From Camelus dromedarius (lineage: Eukaryota), in NCBI RefSeq assembly GCF_036321535.1, contig NC_087436.1:66526001-66590000 (forward strand): DNA of 64,000 nt. Reading direction: 5' to 3'. Shown here piece by piece: positions 38,992-52,119 of this stretch. The notes under the pieces are model-generated. The model was not told the origin of the DNA and made no database searches. It was given only the letters and a program-made list of their open reading frames with translations. Position 1 is the stretch's first letter; each line of letters starts with the position of its first letter. A program made the translations under genes and the position numbers.

Positions 38992-39514
38992 TATGTTAGT
39001 TTCCTGTTGCCATTGTTAACGAATTACGACAACTTTAGTGACTTGAAACAACACAACTTTATTCTCTTACAGTCTGGAAGTCAGAATTCTGTCTGACATC
39101 AATTTCACTAGGATAAATTGTTGGCAGGGCTGTTTGCTAGTGGAAGCTTTGAGAGGTTAGTCCGTTTTTCCACATTTTTCGGTTTGTATGGTTGCCATTA
39201 GTCCTTGGCTTGTGGCCCCTTCCTCCTTCTTCATCGTGCACTAATCCAGTCTCTGCTTCTGCCATCACATTACCTTCCCATCTTCTGTAGTCAAAAATCT
39301 CTCTGTCTCCTTTTTATGTGGACAATTGTAATTACATTTTGGGCCCACGGGGATAATACAGGATAATTGTCCCATCCCAAGATGCTTACTTATTTTATCT
39401 CATTTATTAATTTAATCATATCTGTGAAGTCCCTTTTGCCATATAGAGTAACATTTATAGCTTCTGAGGATGAGGCTTTAGATATTTGGGGGGCACATTT
39501 TTCAATCTAACATA
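38992..39514 (-). mobile_element. MLT1C-like solo LTR
   Basis: 'tatgttagtttcctgttgcc...ccttggcttgtggcccc...gtcccttttgccatatagagtaacatt...gggggcacatttttcaatctaacata'. Confidence 0.85.
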
Positions 39515-42500
39515 GGTGGTATTATTTTCCTCCTTCTGAAGATTTAAAAAATAAGTCACATGTAATTAACTTGTTTAAAGTCTCATATGTTAAAAGGTAT
39601 AGAATCAGCCAAACCTATATTCTTAACCATAAAACTCATTAATAGAATAGTAGGGAGATTCTTTCCATATTACTGGAAATTTCAAACAGAAGATGTGTGA
39701 AGAACTGTCAAGGATGCTGTAGATGTAATTTCTTTATATCCATAAGATTCTCTACATATTGTGGTTCACAGACTTCTGGCTTCGAGAGAAATATTTGTGA
39801 CTAGTAAGACATAAGGATTCCTAATAGAGGAAAATCTACTTTTGATAATATTATCATAACTTTATAAAGGATATTATTTCAGTACTTACTAGGAATAAGG
39901 ATGTGTTCCGGACAGCTTCTAAAAACCCCTTGATTTTTGGCTTCCATAATGGTATCATTAGAAACAAACATTAAATAAACCTACATGCTCAGTAGTTTTT
40001 GCTCAAATGAAAAAAATGAAAACAGTATCAAAACACAAAATGAATGTATACTGCTGAGTTAGTTAAAAACCAAGGGAAAACAGGCAAGCCAGTTTAGTAT
40101 GTAAACCCAAACTCATATTTTAAGATTCACTATCATTCTTAAGAAAGAAACATTATATGCATTCAGAACTAGACACTTTAAACAAATTCTATTTTTATTT
40201 GCAGCAATAATTGATTAAGCACATTGTTTCAAATTGTATTCCCTAGAGGCAAAACCTACTGAGGGAATACTCTCAAGAGAAAGGGAATATAAAATGTGTC
40301 TCAGAGACTGCAGCTGTAGCCTAATTCCCCAGGGAGCTCTTGAGCATGAATTGCACCACAGAGCTGATCCCTTGAGCCAACAGGGTCTGGCTTGCTGGAA
40401 CCCTTGAGAGTCAGTCATTGGTGGCAGACTGTCTGAGGTCGGGTATGCAACTTACTGATGGCCTGACTCCCAGTCAACATTCAGCCACTCAGTCTTCAGA
40501 GAAGGAGTCAGCTGTAAGCTGTTAGGATCTGATGCCCACAGAAACTTGGCTGGGAACCAAAAATATCCCCTATATCCCTAGTACGACAATCCTGAAATAT
40601 CTTTTTTACTTAAAAAATTATATTTTTTGAAAATCATTTAATTATTATATATCCTATCTCTCACCTCACCAAAAACACTGTAAATATCTCTGGTTTCCAT
40701 AATGACTTATGGTTATGACTACATAATTAAATCAGCCTGGCTGAAAAGGATAAAGTTAATTAATCAGTTAATTAATTAAAACAATCAGTCTATCAAATTG
40801 TTTGGCTTCATATTATTGGTGAATATCCTCTATTAAATTGTCCCTGTACAAAGAGTTAGTGGGTAGCTGAAATACTAGTACTTTATATTTAAGTATCATC
40901 CTACTTTGCTTCACAGGATTGCACTGCAAGACACTGGACATGGGAAGCATTCATCATTTTGTGGTTTTAAAATGCCAATTATTATATATTGAAAATGTAA
41001 TAGCAGTTTTTATTACTGATATTATTCAGGTAAAATTACGACCTGTCAAAAAACTGTGATCACTGTCTGACCCACTTCATAAGGAGTAGTTTTTTCATAC
41101 TTATTGCAAGAAGAAACAGTGTCTTAATCGAACAGCTCTTACATCAGACAATGAAACTTGAAATAACTTTTCCCAAGTAAGTTTGTTGAATAAATGGTAA
41201 TTTTCCTACTCAATTAATTTCCCAGTGATCCATGACCTCAAAGAAAACAGAAGTGACACATCAACTACTTGTTATGCATCTGAAGAAAAACTATGGCTAC
41301 AAGTTCACCATACTTGTAATTAGCCATCTGAAAAAGATTTCAAATGACCTCTTATAAATAGGAAGCTGTGACATTCTCACACTCTGGACCATCAAAGGCA
41401 TGGGATTATTTGATTTATTGCTAAGAAAGAGGCCCTGCTTTTAAATGTACAATATAATATTTGGCTGATAAGCTTGCATAAGCCTATCCAGTATAGGAAA
41501 TGAAGACATGAAAGGAAAAACATTATTTCTGAGGTCACAAAAATGGTGCATTCCTAATTTCCCTAGCTTCATCAGTGAAATAGATGTGACCAATTAAAGA
41601 TGTTAGAGAAATCTTACAGCCTTTGCTATCTGAACTTATATATTATGTTTTGCAAATATATAAGGACAAAGCCAAACATGCATTTCTCATGCTTTTCTTC
41701 TTGTCCTGATCTGAGTTCCGTGTTCCCTTTAAGTGTTTCCTTCTTCATCATAAACACATAAACACATCTGCCAACCCAATACTCTTCAGTTCTCAAAAAA
41801 TCCATTATTTCTCTTCTCTTTCCATCTGAGACCAGATCTGGTAACAAAGATAGGTAAAAGGGAGAAGCAGAAATTTCGAACACTATCATTCTCGAATTCA
41901 CCACTGGATCAGAAAAGCATAACGTGCTTCAAATTAATTTCACTCTCAAATCAGTCCTTCCCAACACTGTGCAAAGAAAATGTGATTTTTTTTTCCTCCT
42001 GTTTTTCTAAGACTCTGGTGGTTTGTATGAATGAAATAAATATAAATGCACATAAATTATATAAAGAAGCTGCATATAGAAGTTCACATAAATGAATTAA
42101 GAAAATTACATGTTGCAATGATTTATAAAACCTTAAAATGATTAAATAGAGCTTTGGATTCTCATCTAAATAACAATATCCATTAACTGTCTCCTGTCTT
42201 ACTAAATCCTTCTGACATCCCAACCTTTCAGCAGTCCAAGACCATAACTCCTGGGAGTGTACATATTTTACTCATTTAATTTTCAATATTATGGAGCCAA
42301 TCAGTATATTAAGTACTGATTACATTTATCTACTTTTTTTCCTAAGCCAAAGAACAACTCTGATGCCTAGGTAAGTTACCGAATCTTACCCTAGCTCAAT
42401 ATCTTTGTCTATAAAATGGAGAAAACCTCTAAATCTCAGAGTGTTTAAGAGGAAAGTCAAACACAAAAACCAAAAAAGAGATAAACACTGGCTAAAAATT

Positions 42501-42777
42501 CCCCCTGGTTAAAACTTAATTTGGGTATTGTATAAACACTAAATTAAAGCAAGAATTAAAGTAACCTCATATTCCTATCCAAAAACTTCTGCCACTGATA
42601 CTACCCTCCCTAATTGCTGTAGCTTTTTAAAATATGTGTATTTTATTAAAGATTTTATACTGTGTTATATAACTGTTTAATATTATAGTGGAAAGAAGTT
42701 CTAGCTCCTTTCTCATTATCTTTCTAAACCATTATGCAGGGAAGAGAAATGACTGATAGAATTGTTCGTGTTCAGAA

Positions 42778-43047
42778 GTCATTGATTCGATCACGATTAT
42801 TAATGGGCAGTGTGGTCATTCTTTAAAATGTTCATCTGTGTATATGTGGTTTTCTTTCTTCTAATTCCACATTACTAGTAGTCTTCAGAGGAATAAACAA
42901 ACTCAAATATTTGTCATTGATTCGATCACGATTATTCATGGGCAGTGTGGGCATTCTTTAAAATGTTCATCTGCGTATATGTGGTTTTCTTTCTTCTAAT
43001 TCCACATTACTAGAAGTCTTCAGAGGAATAAACAAACTCAAATATTT
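42778..43047. repeat. Tandem duplication, 2 x 135 bp, 4 mismatches
   Basis: Copy 1 at 42778-42912 and copy 2 at 42913-43047, compared base by base. Confidence 0.95.
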
Positions 43048-43442
43048 GACAATGTTAATTTCCCCAGCTCTTTATATGTATGTGTATATGTGATAACCAT
43101 TGATAGATAAATTTTATAGCATGGAGCTACACAAAGCATGATTAAAAAGACTTGGGTTTGGAGATAAGCGGAGGGACATTCTTCTCTCACTCACCTAAAC
43201 CAAGTGCTCTGGTAAATCTTTACCCATTTTTTGCATTTGGGTTTATCAGTCTCTAGCTTAGTGATGAGTTAATTACCCCAGTTAACCATGTATATCTCCC
43301 TTAAGAACTCCTTATGTGGGAGGAGGATACCAAAGAGAGGTAAAGGTGATTGAAAAAGAAGAATTTGGGTAAAATACCATGAAAATACAATTCAAAACCT
43401 ACTCTTACTCCTACCATGTGTATGGCTTAAATGTCCAGATCT

Positions 43443-44170
43443 TGTGTCAGTTAAGGTTTAATGCAGATGACAGGGGCCAAGTTTGCTAGATAATGTGAAA
43501 GAGATTTAATATTGGAAATTGGATCCTTGCTGAACAAGATACAGAAAAGCGGGCTCCACATTTGCCTTCCAGAAATGATCCCTAGAACAGTCCACAGAAC
43601 TGATTCACAAATTGAAATTCCTGTCATGATGAGGAACTTGAGGATACAGGGAATTTCTGCTTGAACTTCTGGGTATAGACCACATCACCATCCCTTCCAT
43701 AATCCAGGAAGTGGAATCAGGAAGCCGGTCCTGAAACTATTGTCTCCTGGTACACACTGCTTCAGCCATAATCTAGGTTAGCAAAAGGGGTGCCTGTGCT
43801 CTGCCTCTCATCACCCATTAATCTATCAAGATTGGATTCTCACCATCACATCTCACCATCAAAAAACACATCACAACAAAGCAAACCACTTACTCCATGA
43901 TGAAGCTTGCTATGAAGAACATTGCCTCTCTTCCCCAACTAGTAACATGTACAGGATACAAATGAGTATGCTGCTTCCTGCTCTCCAGGTCCAAACGCTA
44001 TGATGTCATCAATTTACTGTGCTTGTGTAAAGTGCCCTGGGATGTGAGATCATCACTTTCTCCAGACTAAATTATGGCATCAAGTGAGATAGATACACTT
44101 CTCAAAAGTGGTGAAAGTATGCTGCTTCCCAGTCAGTTGCAAACAAGCACATTCTGTCACACACGGAGTA
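43443..44170 (-). mobile_element. Ancient LTR-like element (family unresolved)
   Basis: Terminal 'tgtgtcagttaaggtttaatgcaga' (minus strand ends ...CTGACACA), typical of old class III LTRs; adjoins an ERVL internal fragment. Right boundary is a guess. Confidence 0.4.
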
Positions 44171-44209
44171 ACAGTACACAGAAGATAATGCATTCATCAT
44201 TATCTGTAG

Positions 44210-45250
44210 TCATATATTAGATGTGACCACCAGTGAAAAGATCGTGTCTCTAAAAGAGCAGCTACCATTGTCATAATCTGATCACATGTCCTATAATCTA
44301 AATTTCATTCTTTAAAGTCCCATCAGTCCATGTGTAACAAACAGGTAATTTACATGAGGATGTAATAGAGAGCAACACCCCTGCATCTTTCAGATCTGTG
44401 ATAGTAACACTAATCTCTCTAGTGGCCCTGGAGATTTTGCTTTCAGTTTATTCTTTCTGTAGGGAGAAGAAACTTTAGGGGCTTCTTCTTGGCTTCTCCT
44501 ACTATAATAAACCTTCATTTCACAAATAAGAAAAACAATGTGAGAATTCTGTCTGTGCTAAATATAAATATACCAGCTATACAATCAGGAATGTAGGATG
44601 TATGTTCACAGAACCACCATCCTCATTACAAACTCTGAGACAGACTCAGGACCAAATTCCTGTTATCCCTTGACCTCTCTAATCCCCCAGCCAAACTAGT
44701 AGGTGGGCCATATTGACATTAGAGATGCTTTGAGAGGATTGTCAGCCTAACGCCAGTATCCATGAACACTTAAAAGGTCCTGTGTGAATACTTCCCTTTT
44801 GCTGGTACAAATATTCTCTGTAAAATGACTATGGAGAATAGCCCCTTCTTTGGGGAAGTTTAGGAAGAAGCTGTATGCTTGTGAGTTGACTGACAGTCCT
44901 CATGTGTACCCAGACTCTTCCTCATTCAAGGTTCACACCTGTGAACTGACTAACGTCTCAGAACTTGGAAAGGAGCTATGAATCAACAATGGAGGTTTAC
45001 ATCAAAACTCTTCTCATTAGACCTAGTGAGGTTTGGGTGTTTTTTCCTACATGACTCAAGTTTGAAAATAAGGGCTGTCAGTCTATTTTACTGACAAAGA
45101 CTGATCAGTGAGCTTCTGTCAAAGGTCTATGTGGGTCGAACTATTATGATACTTATTCGGGTCTGATGTCTCTTACACGAGCATTTCTACCTTGCCAGGA
45201 GGGTTAAGTGCTACTGCTTAATCTACTCAGGCACTTTGCATATTGAATTG
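44210..45250 (-). mobile_element. Second, older ERVL internal remnant (gag end, protease, RT N-terminus)
   Basis: Minus-strand translation across frameshifts gives FMDTGVRLTI (DTG at 44752-44760), YGPPT, IPDCIAGIFIFS and EISVTITDLKDAGVLLSITS, matching ERVL LLDTGSELTL, ECIIGIDILS and EISATIKDLKDAGVVIPTTS. Right boundary approximate. Confidence 0.75.
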
Positions 45251-46039
45251 TTCACCTAGAAAATGAAAGATACTGTTATCCTTATTTTTAAGTTAAAGAT
45301 ATAAGTATATATATATATATGAGTAAATCTGATAGTGAGTTTATATAAACAATGAGGTCAATGAAAACATTTCAGACCATGGAAGAAATACCTATGAGCC
45401 AGTGAGAGGTACAGGCTTCAAAAAGAAAGGGAATGCCACGAGGATCCTGACAAAATCATCTGTTTGAAAGGTGTACAAGTGAACATCAAGAATACTCCAG
45501 TTGTAGAGTCAATGAGATAAAACATTGGTAATTAACAAAGCAAACCTGCACCACACTAAGGAAAAACATCTTTCAGACTAATGCTGATGCTGCAGGAAAG
45601 ATGCAGAAGTCGTAGCTGAGTTTCTGTTGTAGTTAGTTCTCATACAGTGGTAAGCTGATGTTGATGTTTTATAAGCTGGAGTGGTGGCAATGATTGTAGA
45701 AATAATGCACGTCTTGCAAGTCACAAACTTCTGGAAATTAACAAAGTGACCTCTAGTGACAGCCAGGAGAGTATGCTGACTACACCAAGAAAGCCTGTGA
45801 CCCTCTCCCGTTATGCTCCATATTTTTAAAGACCTTTCTCTTTAGAAACTTCAAGGCATGCTGTTCAGTGTTCACTGGTGCTTGTAATTATGTTACCTTG
45901 TCACCTTTACTTTACCAAACCCTGACTTATGACGTAACAGTTAAACAGTATCTTGATAAAATAGGAGGATTTGATATTGCTGAAAACAATAGGAAGCAAT
46001 TGAGGGAAATCTGGTAAAGGGTAAAAACATAATCCAACT

Positions 46040-46340
46040 TGTATATTAGTAGAGATCATTTCATCAGAGTGTGGCATGATGGATTCCAGGTGGACACAAA
46101 AGGACTGAACATATGGAATTGCTTAAAAGCTAACGAGAGTAATCTAAGTAATAAATTAAGTCCTGAGAAAGATAGGATGGACTTGGAAACCATTTAATAG
46201 GTTGATTTAGCAGATTAAATGAGTGACTGAAATGCCAACATTTTGAAGAGAGGAATCCAGGATGATTACTAATTTATCCTCTTAATAACTGGGATGGTGG
46301 TGGTGACATTTATGAAGATTGGTAATACGATAAGCATAAA
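46040..46340 (-). mobile_element. LINE2 fragment
   Basis: Purine-rich reverse L2: 'gaggaatccaggatgattac...actgggatggtggtggtgacatttatgaagattgg'. Confidence 0.55.
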
Positions 46341-46949
46341 GAAAAAGATCACTCCCTAATTTCTTCTTTTCCCCCTCTGCAACCTCCACTGGGTGTTTGT
46401 TTCCATTTATAAACACAGGGATTAATTTAGTGAGTCGGAAACTGGAAAGAGCTTTACTGAAGGAGTAAGTAATAAGGATTCAGAATTTAGAGGAGAATAA
46501 AATTAGTTTTACCCAGAACATTGTCACTTGCAATAGTTTTGACCTCTTGAAGAAAAGTATAGGCAAAAAACCCAGGAGAATTTATAAGCCTTGAACATAA
46601 ATAAGAGATATTTCATGGACTCTAGTATTGCAGTGAGGCACAGGGTTGAGAGAAGAAGCCCCATGTCACCACATCCCACCAGTACCACCTACGTCAGGAG
46701 GACTGAAGCATTTGGTAGCAGTGGAGAAAGCATCATAGTAACTGTGCTGTGTCGGTTTCACAGTGGGCAGGGGCAACCATGAGTCTCCAAATAGCATTAT
46801 ATGCATCTCCCAAGAAAAATGATTACACATGTTCATGGCAGCTACAAGAGATAGAATAATTTGTAGACATTTATGAAAAATTTCTTGGTCTACTTCCAGG
46901 AAATACCTAGGGTGTAGGACTGATACTGAATATATTAAAACTTGGAAAA

Positions 46950-47200
46950 ATCTAAGGGAAGATGAAAAGTTCCTATTTTACATATGATACTGAGATAACA
47001 GCAGATTATTTAAGTGGAGATCTTTAGTACATATAAGGATACATAGGTCTGAATATTTTTGATGCTGGTTTTGGTGCTAACTCCATAGATCAGATACTTT
47101 GGAGAATACTGATAGTTGGAACTACATGTGGAGGCCATTCAAAGGTAGAGTATGTAGGGAAAAAATAATGGATACAAGATGGAACTCTGAGTAACACTGA
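46950..47200 (-). mobile_element. LINE2 fragment
   Basis: 'cagcagattatttaagtggagatc...acataggtctgaat...ggaactctgagtaacactgacat'. Confidence 0.5.
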
Positions 47201-48304
47201 CATCATCACAATTTCTAAAACTAGATATTTTAAATCTATTTTTATAGATGATTTTAATATAATTGAGAATTTCTTAAATTATTTGAAGCATCTTTTTCTT
47301 TGTAAATCTCAATCAAGTTTTTAGCTATGTTGTGTTTGGTCTTTTAACAATGTGTGAGATGAATTTGTGGCAGCCCTTCCAAATATATGTTATGGGGTAT
47401 TTTGGGGACCCAGGAAATTTGTGATTTAGTGTCTCCTTAGAGGTCTAGACCTGGGAAGTTTCCCATTTAAAATAGAAATGAGGATAAAGATCATATAAGT
47501 AATCTGTCTCTCTCCTTATTTATTTCTCTTCCCTTGTTCCCACTGTCCCCCTCCCCCTCCCCCTCACACACACACACACATGCAAAATTATTCATCACAC
47601 TTAAGTCACTTCTTGGCGAAATTTAGGGAATCCAGGGAATTCCATGGTTTTATATGCATGATTTCTAAATTACAAGAAAGGCCTTCCAACACCAGTTAAT
47701 AGATCCCTAAAATTAACTTAACATAAAACAGAATTCTTTTATTTTTCAAGTAGAGATAGACTCAATACAAATATCTCTAGAGGCGGCAACGTAAGACTTA
47801 AGCATGTGGTTAAATGCAAAGACTGATACGAGAATGCAGGTTTGGCTCAAGGAAGTTTACCAAAGAATAACCAAAGAAGCTGTTTCAATATACTTCAAAA
47901 TAATACAGTTATTTCCAGATACATTAGTATTCATTGGCACTTCCAAAGGATATTAGAATATCTTCTGAGAAAGGGGAGGTAGGACAGAAATTAAATGAGC
48001 CATTCTTATAGAGACCACTGAAGATTTAGAATTTTCCTGACTATTAGGCAGAACTTTAGTCTGCAGGTTGAAGCAGTTTTTTTAAACTTACTCAAGTCCT
48101 AAGAAATATTTGATGAATTTGTTTGGCATTCCTAAGGAGTATTTTGGAGATAATCTTCAATTTAGATAATATTTTGCAAATGCAGAGAACTATATTGGAG
48201 TTTCTTTTTGTAGGTAGCCCAACATGCAGAGTATATCCAATTTCACATTCCAGAATATATGCCTTGAAAATGACCAAAGGCTCCTCAGATCCATTTCCTC
48301 TCTG

Positions 48305-48545
48305 CTGTGCTGTGGTTAAGAATTCAGTCCCTGGAGTCTGATGGATCACAGTTGATTCCTAGCCTCATCAGTTATTGGTAGAATTTGTTTGGCAAAGCCA
48401 CCTAGCCTTTCTAAGCCTCTTTTTTAACCTGTAAAATGGACAGAAAACTGGTATCTCAACTGACTATAGTGAAGTTTGAAAGAGATAAAATTGTCAAACT
48501 CTTGGCACATATGAAGCATTCAATAAATATTAACTATCATTGTCA
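48305..48545 (+). mobile_element. MIR SINE, near full length
   Basis: 'gtggttaagaattcagtccctggagtctga...acctgtaaaatggac...cttggcacatatgaagcattcaataaatatt'. Confidence 0.75.
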
Positions 48546-49789
48546 ACAATACTTCCTATTCTGCTTTTATTTTCTATTTTCTCAGTTTACTACAAAGATA
48601 CATTCACAGGTACCATGGCTGTGAATCTGAGTACAGGGAAAAAAAGAAAAACATATAAACAAAGGATCAGGATAGAAGCCAACTAATGAAAATATTAACA
48701 GGAAAACGTGGCAATAGATGAAAATATATAACTTGTAAAACAAAAAGTCATTTTAATTGAGAATTAGGCATATTTGGAACTATCCATATTATAGCTTTTC
48801 CACCAAAATATGGAAACAGTCAATGATGTCAGAAAAGTAGCTCTTAGAAACCTGTCATGTCAAATTGACATAATTGTACTTTAAAATATCTCATTATTCT
48901 TGTGTTAACATGAAAATCTTATGCTAATTCTTTTTTCCATATACACACCCTATTTCTACTTTATGAAAAAGAAATAATGCAATATTCTGTTTATATTGAC
49001 ATCTTTAGCGTAATTTCAAGTCTTATGGTGGAGAGTCTTAAAATTAAAATAGAAAACTACTCTTTTTCTTATTTCTATTTTTGGGTGAACGAAATTGTGT
49101 ATTTTTAGTACATCTTATTTGAGCAAACTCTTCTGTAGGACCTTGACAATCTTAGCATACAGTCTTAAACACAGATAGTTTGAAATAATTTTTTTTAATG
49201 TTCTATGGTTCTTTGACAGTTTGGAATAATCTGTCTAAGAAATAGTGACTATGTGGCCTCTTTCATCAAAGTTTAGCTCTGTGGAAATGGTTATAAAGGT
49301 AGTCTGAAATAAATCCTTTGATAGAAATTGTCATATTCTAGAAGGAATCGAGCATACAGGGAAACTTTATAGTCTCCTTTACCTGCAGCTTGATACCTGG
49401 AATCGTCTATATCCATCACCATCATTATGTTTTCCCCTCCTGGCTGATTGCCGTTCAAGTATGCCTCACAGGAAATTCTCATGCAGTTATATTTTCTGTG
49501 AGAAGGCACATAAAACCTTTATCTTCTGCCACTAAATTCTCTTTGAATTATTTCATCTTTCCTTCCTTTAGTTGTGCTTCTTGAACACTGTCTCCGTAAG
49601 AGCAGTCAAACCTATCATGAAGCACTTTGTTTATGCCTATCAAACTACAGAATCTAGAAGGAGTCATAACCTTGGCAAGTCTGTTCCTGTTTTGTTCTGC
49701 ATTGTGTCTTCAACTCAGGTTTTATTTTTTTCCCATAAAGATCTACCATAACTGATCTTTTTTCTCTTGTTTTCATTTTCACTTTTTAG

Positions 49790-49858
49790 GACTCAGTTAC
49801 CAAAGCTTTGCTGTTGGGGACCGGCGGCATGTGGATGGAATTTAACTTGTTCGAGAAG
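49790..49858 (+). other. Strong internal exon (69 nt) of an unidentified plus-strand transcript
   Basis: Branch point CTGAT at about 49752-49756; about 30-nt pyrimidine tract; TTTAG|G acceptor; perfect AAG|GTAAGT donor; three CpGs; unique sequence. Confidence 0.7.
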
Positions 49859-51198
49859 GTAAGTACAGGCAACATTTATAAGGACTGTTGAAGAACTACG
49901 AGGTGACGAAAACTCAGTAACTTCTGCTTTTTTTTTTTTTTTACATAGTTTCTGTCGAGGATTTCATGTTTTACTTGACATTATTTTACTGTCATTTTTC
50001 AGTATCTTTGCTCTGTGATAACTATTATTCCGTTAACCTCTTTCTTTGATTCTGCCCAATCTGAGATTGTCTTGTTTGTACCACTGGAAATGATGACCTA
50101 TCATTATCTGACTGTGTAATGATTCTTCTGTTTATCTTGTCTGCCATGTGCTTTTCCTCGTCATTTGCCTTCCTTACACACTAGTTATCCTAATATATGC
50201 AACGATGCCACTGCAACTTTTTTTTTCTTGGCCCTGAGTATTTCAGTATCATTATCACTACTCTAACTTCCCCTGCAAGGATAATCAACACAAAGGAGGA
50301 TTTTTAAGACATGCTGTTGAAATCAATTGAGTAAAAACAAGGTTATAGTTGTAATAATTTTGTTAACATATAGCTAATTTCTTATCTTGCCACTTCTCTG
50401 TAAAGCACAGGAATCTATATTTTATGAAAGAAGCAACACTGACTTCATAGTAACTTTGAACAACTGATTCAGTTTTTTCCTGCCTCTGACTTCATGTCTG
50501 CCACATGGGACAAAGACTGCTTAAGAAACTCATTGACATTAATTCAAATTCAGTTCTGTGAAAAATTTGGGAGAGTTCAGAGACAAATTGAGCTAATCTG
50601 TTTCTTTAATTTTAGGGGAAATTTCCAGCAACTGCCCAAAATAAACACTTCATTGAAACCTCTAATTAGATCAATATTATTTTACCATTGATGAACTACT
50701 GCTTAAATGTACAAATTTATATTATATCCTTCAAGTAAGATTTGTTCTTTCTTGGGTTTGTTTTGAGATAAATTACTTCATTCATCAATTGAAAAGAGTT
50801 TAAATCCTAAATTTTAATGATGATTATTATGTTAAAGTACAGAAAAATTAGGGAAATTTATAAAAATAGTTTTCTACTTCCTTGCCTTTATGTAACAACT
50901 TCAGAAATAACTTACTGCATATTTATTTTATTATAATTAAAAAGTTTGATTTTAATGTATAAACTATGAAAGAAACTTGTTAACAAGCATTTGCAATCTC
51001 CCCAAATGTCACTGAATATTTATGACAGGAAATTAGAAGTCACATTAATTTCTCTCTCTCTGCTGATTCTATCTGCAGTAACAACATGAATAATGCTCTT
51101 GAACTGAATTATTTTATTAACTCTTACAATAATGACTAAAAACAAGTGGCTCAGTTAGAGCTTTCCATTAAACCTAGTACTTATTTGTTTGTTTATTT

Positions 51199-51745
51199 TT
51201 CATTCATTCATTCATTCATTCATTCATTCATTCACCAGTTACTTACTGAACTCTGACCGTAAGCCATTGAGATAGAAAATAGAAATAGAAAAATATGTGG
51301 ATGTTATTATTCCTACCCTCAAATTATTTATATTCTATTGGGTCAAAATAAACTTATGCAAAATGCATACCATGATGAATGTTCTAATACCAGTATGATA
51401 GAAACACAATATATTCCAAAGAAGGAGTGTTATCCCAGAGAAGATGGTATTTGTTCTGGACTTTATAAGTAAATAGAATTTTACCAGGCAGAAAAGAGTA
51501 ATATTACAGGCCAAAGTAATAGCACCAAATTCTAAGGATGTGGTAGATTTGATTGCTCTGAGTATTGGCATCTACAACATGCATGGTGATGTTTAATAGA
51601 GGATGAGACTGGGAAAGAAGCTTGAGATAGTACTGTTCAAGGAATTGAATAGAATGATTAAACATTTAGATTTTGTTTTGCTGAAAATGAGAAGTATAAG
51701 ATGTTGTCCAAATTTTAAGGAGAGCACAGAGTACACTTAAGATTT
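51199..51745 (-). mobile_element. LINE2 3' end with (TTCA)9 tail
   Basis: (TTCA)9 at 51199-51234 is the reverse L2 (TGAA)n tail, followed by 'ttcctaccctcaaa' and purine-rich L2 body. Confidence 0.75.
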
Positions 51746-51824
51746 GACTTCTGACAACCGCTTCAACCTAATTGCCTAGATTCACCCATAAGTAATTTAT
51801 ATTTTAGGCATCTTTAACTGATTA

Positions 51825-52060
51825 TAGTTCTCCAGCACATCTGTGGCTTTATACTTACAGTGGTTGGAACATATTTTCCCTTTTCTCTCTGGAACCCTCC
51901 TTCACTTGGCTAATTCCTATTCTGTCTTCAAATCTCAGACTACACGTCACACACTCTAGGAAATGTTGATTAATTTATTTGATTGTTAGGCTTTCCAGTT
52001 AAGTTCTTTAACAATAACCATATCTCTATCAAAATTATGTTGTATTATATTTATGGGTTT
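51825..52060 (+). mobile_element. LINE2 fragment, interrupted by L1
   Basis: 'ggctaattcctattctgtcttcaaatctcagact' is typical L2; probable L2 tail resumes near 52680. Confidence 0.5.
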
Positions 52061-52119
52061 TTTCCTATTCTATGAAACAACTGGATAATTGAAAACAAGA
52101 TCCATGACTGGTATAAACA

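Noticed and set aside
49790-49858. Assigning a gene name to the exon
   Set aside because: I could not reliably recall a matching mRNA or protein, so no symbol is given.
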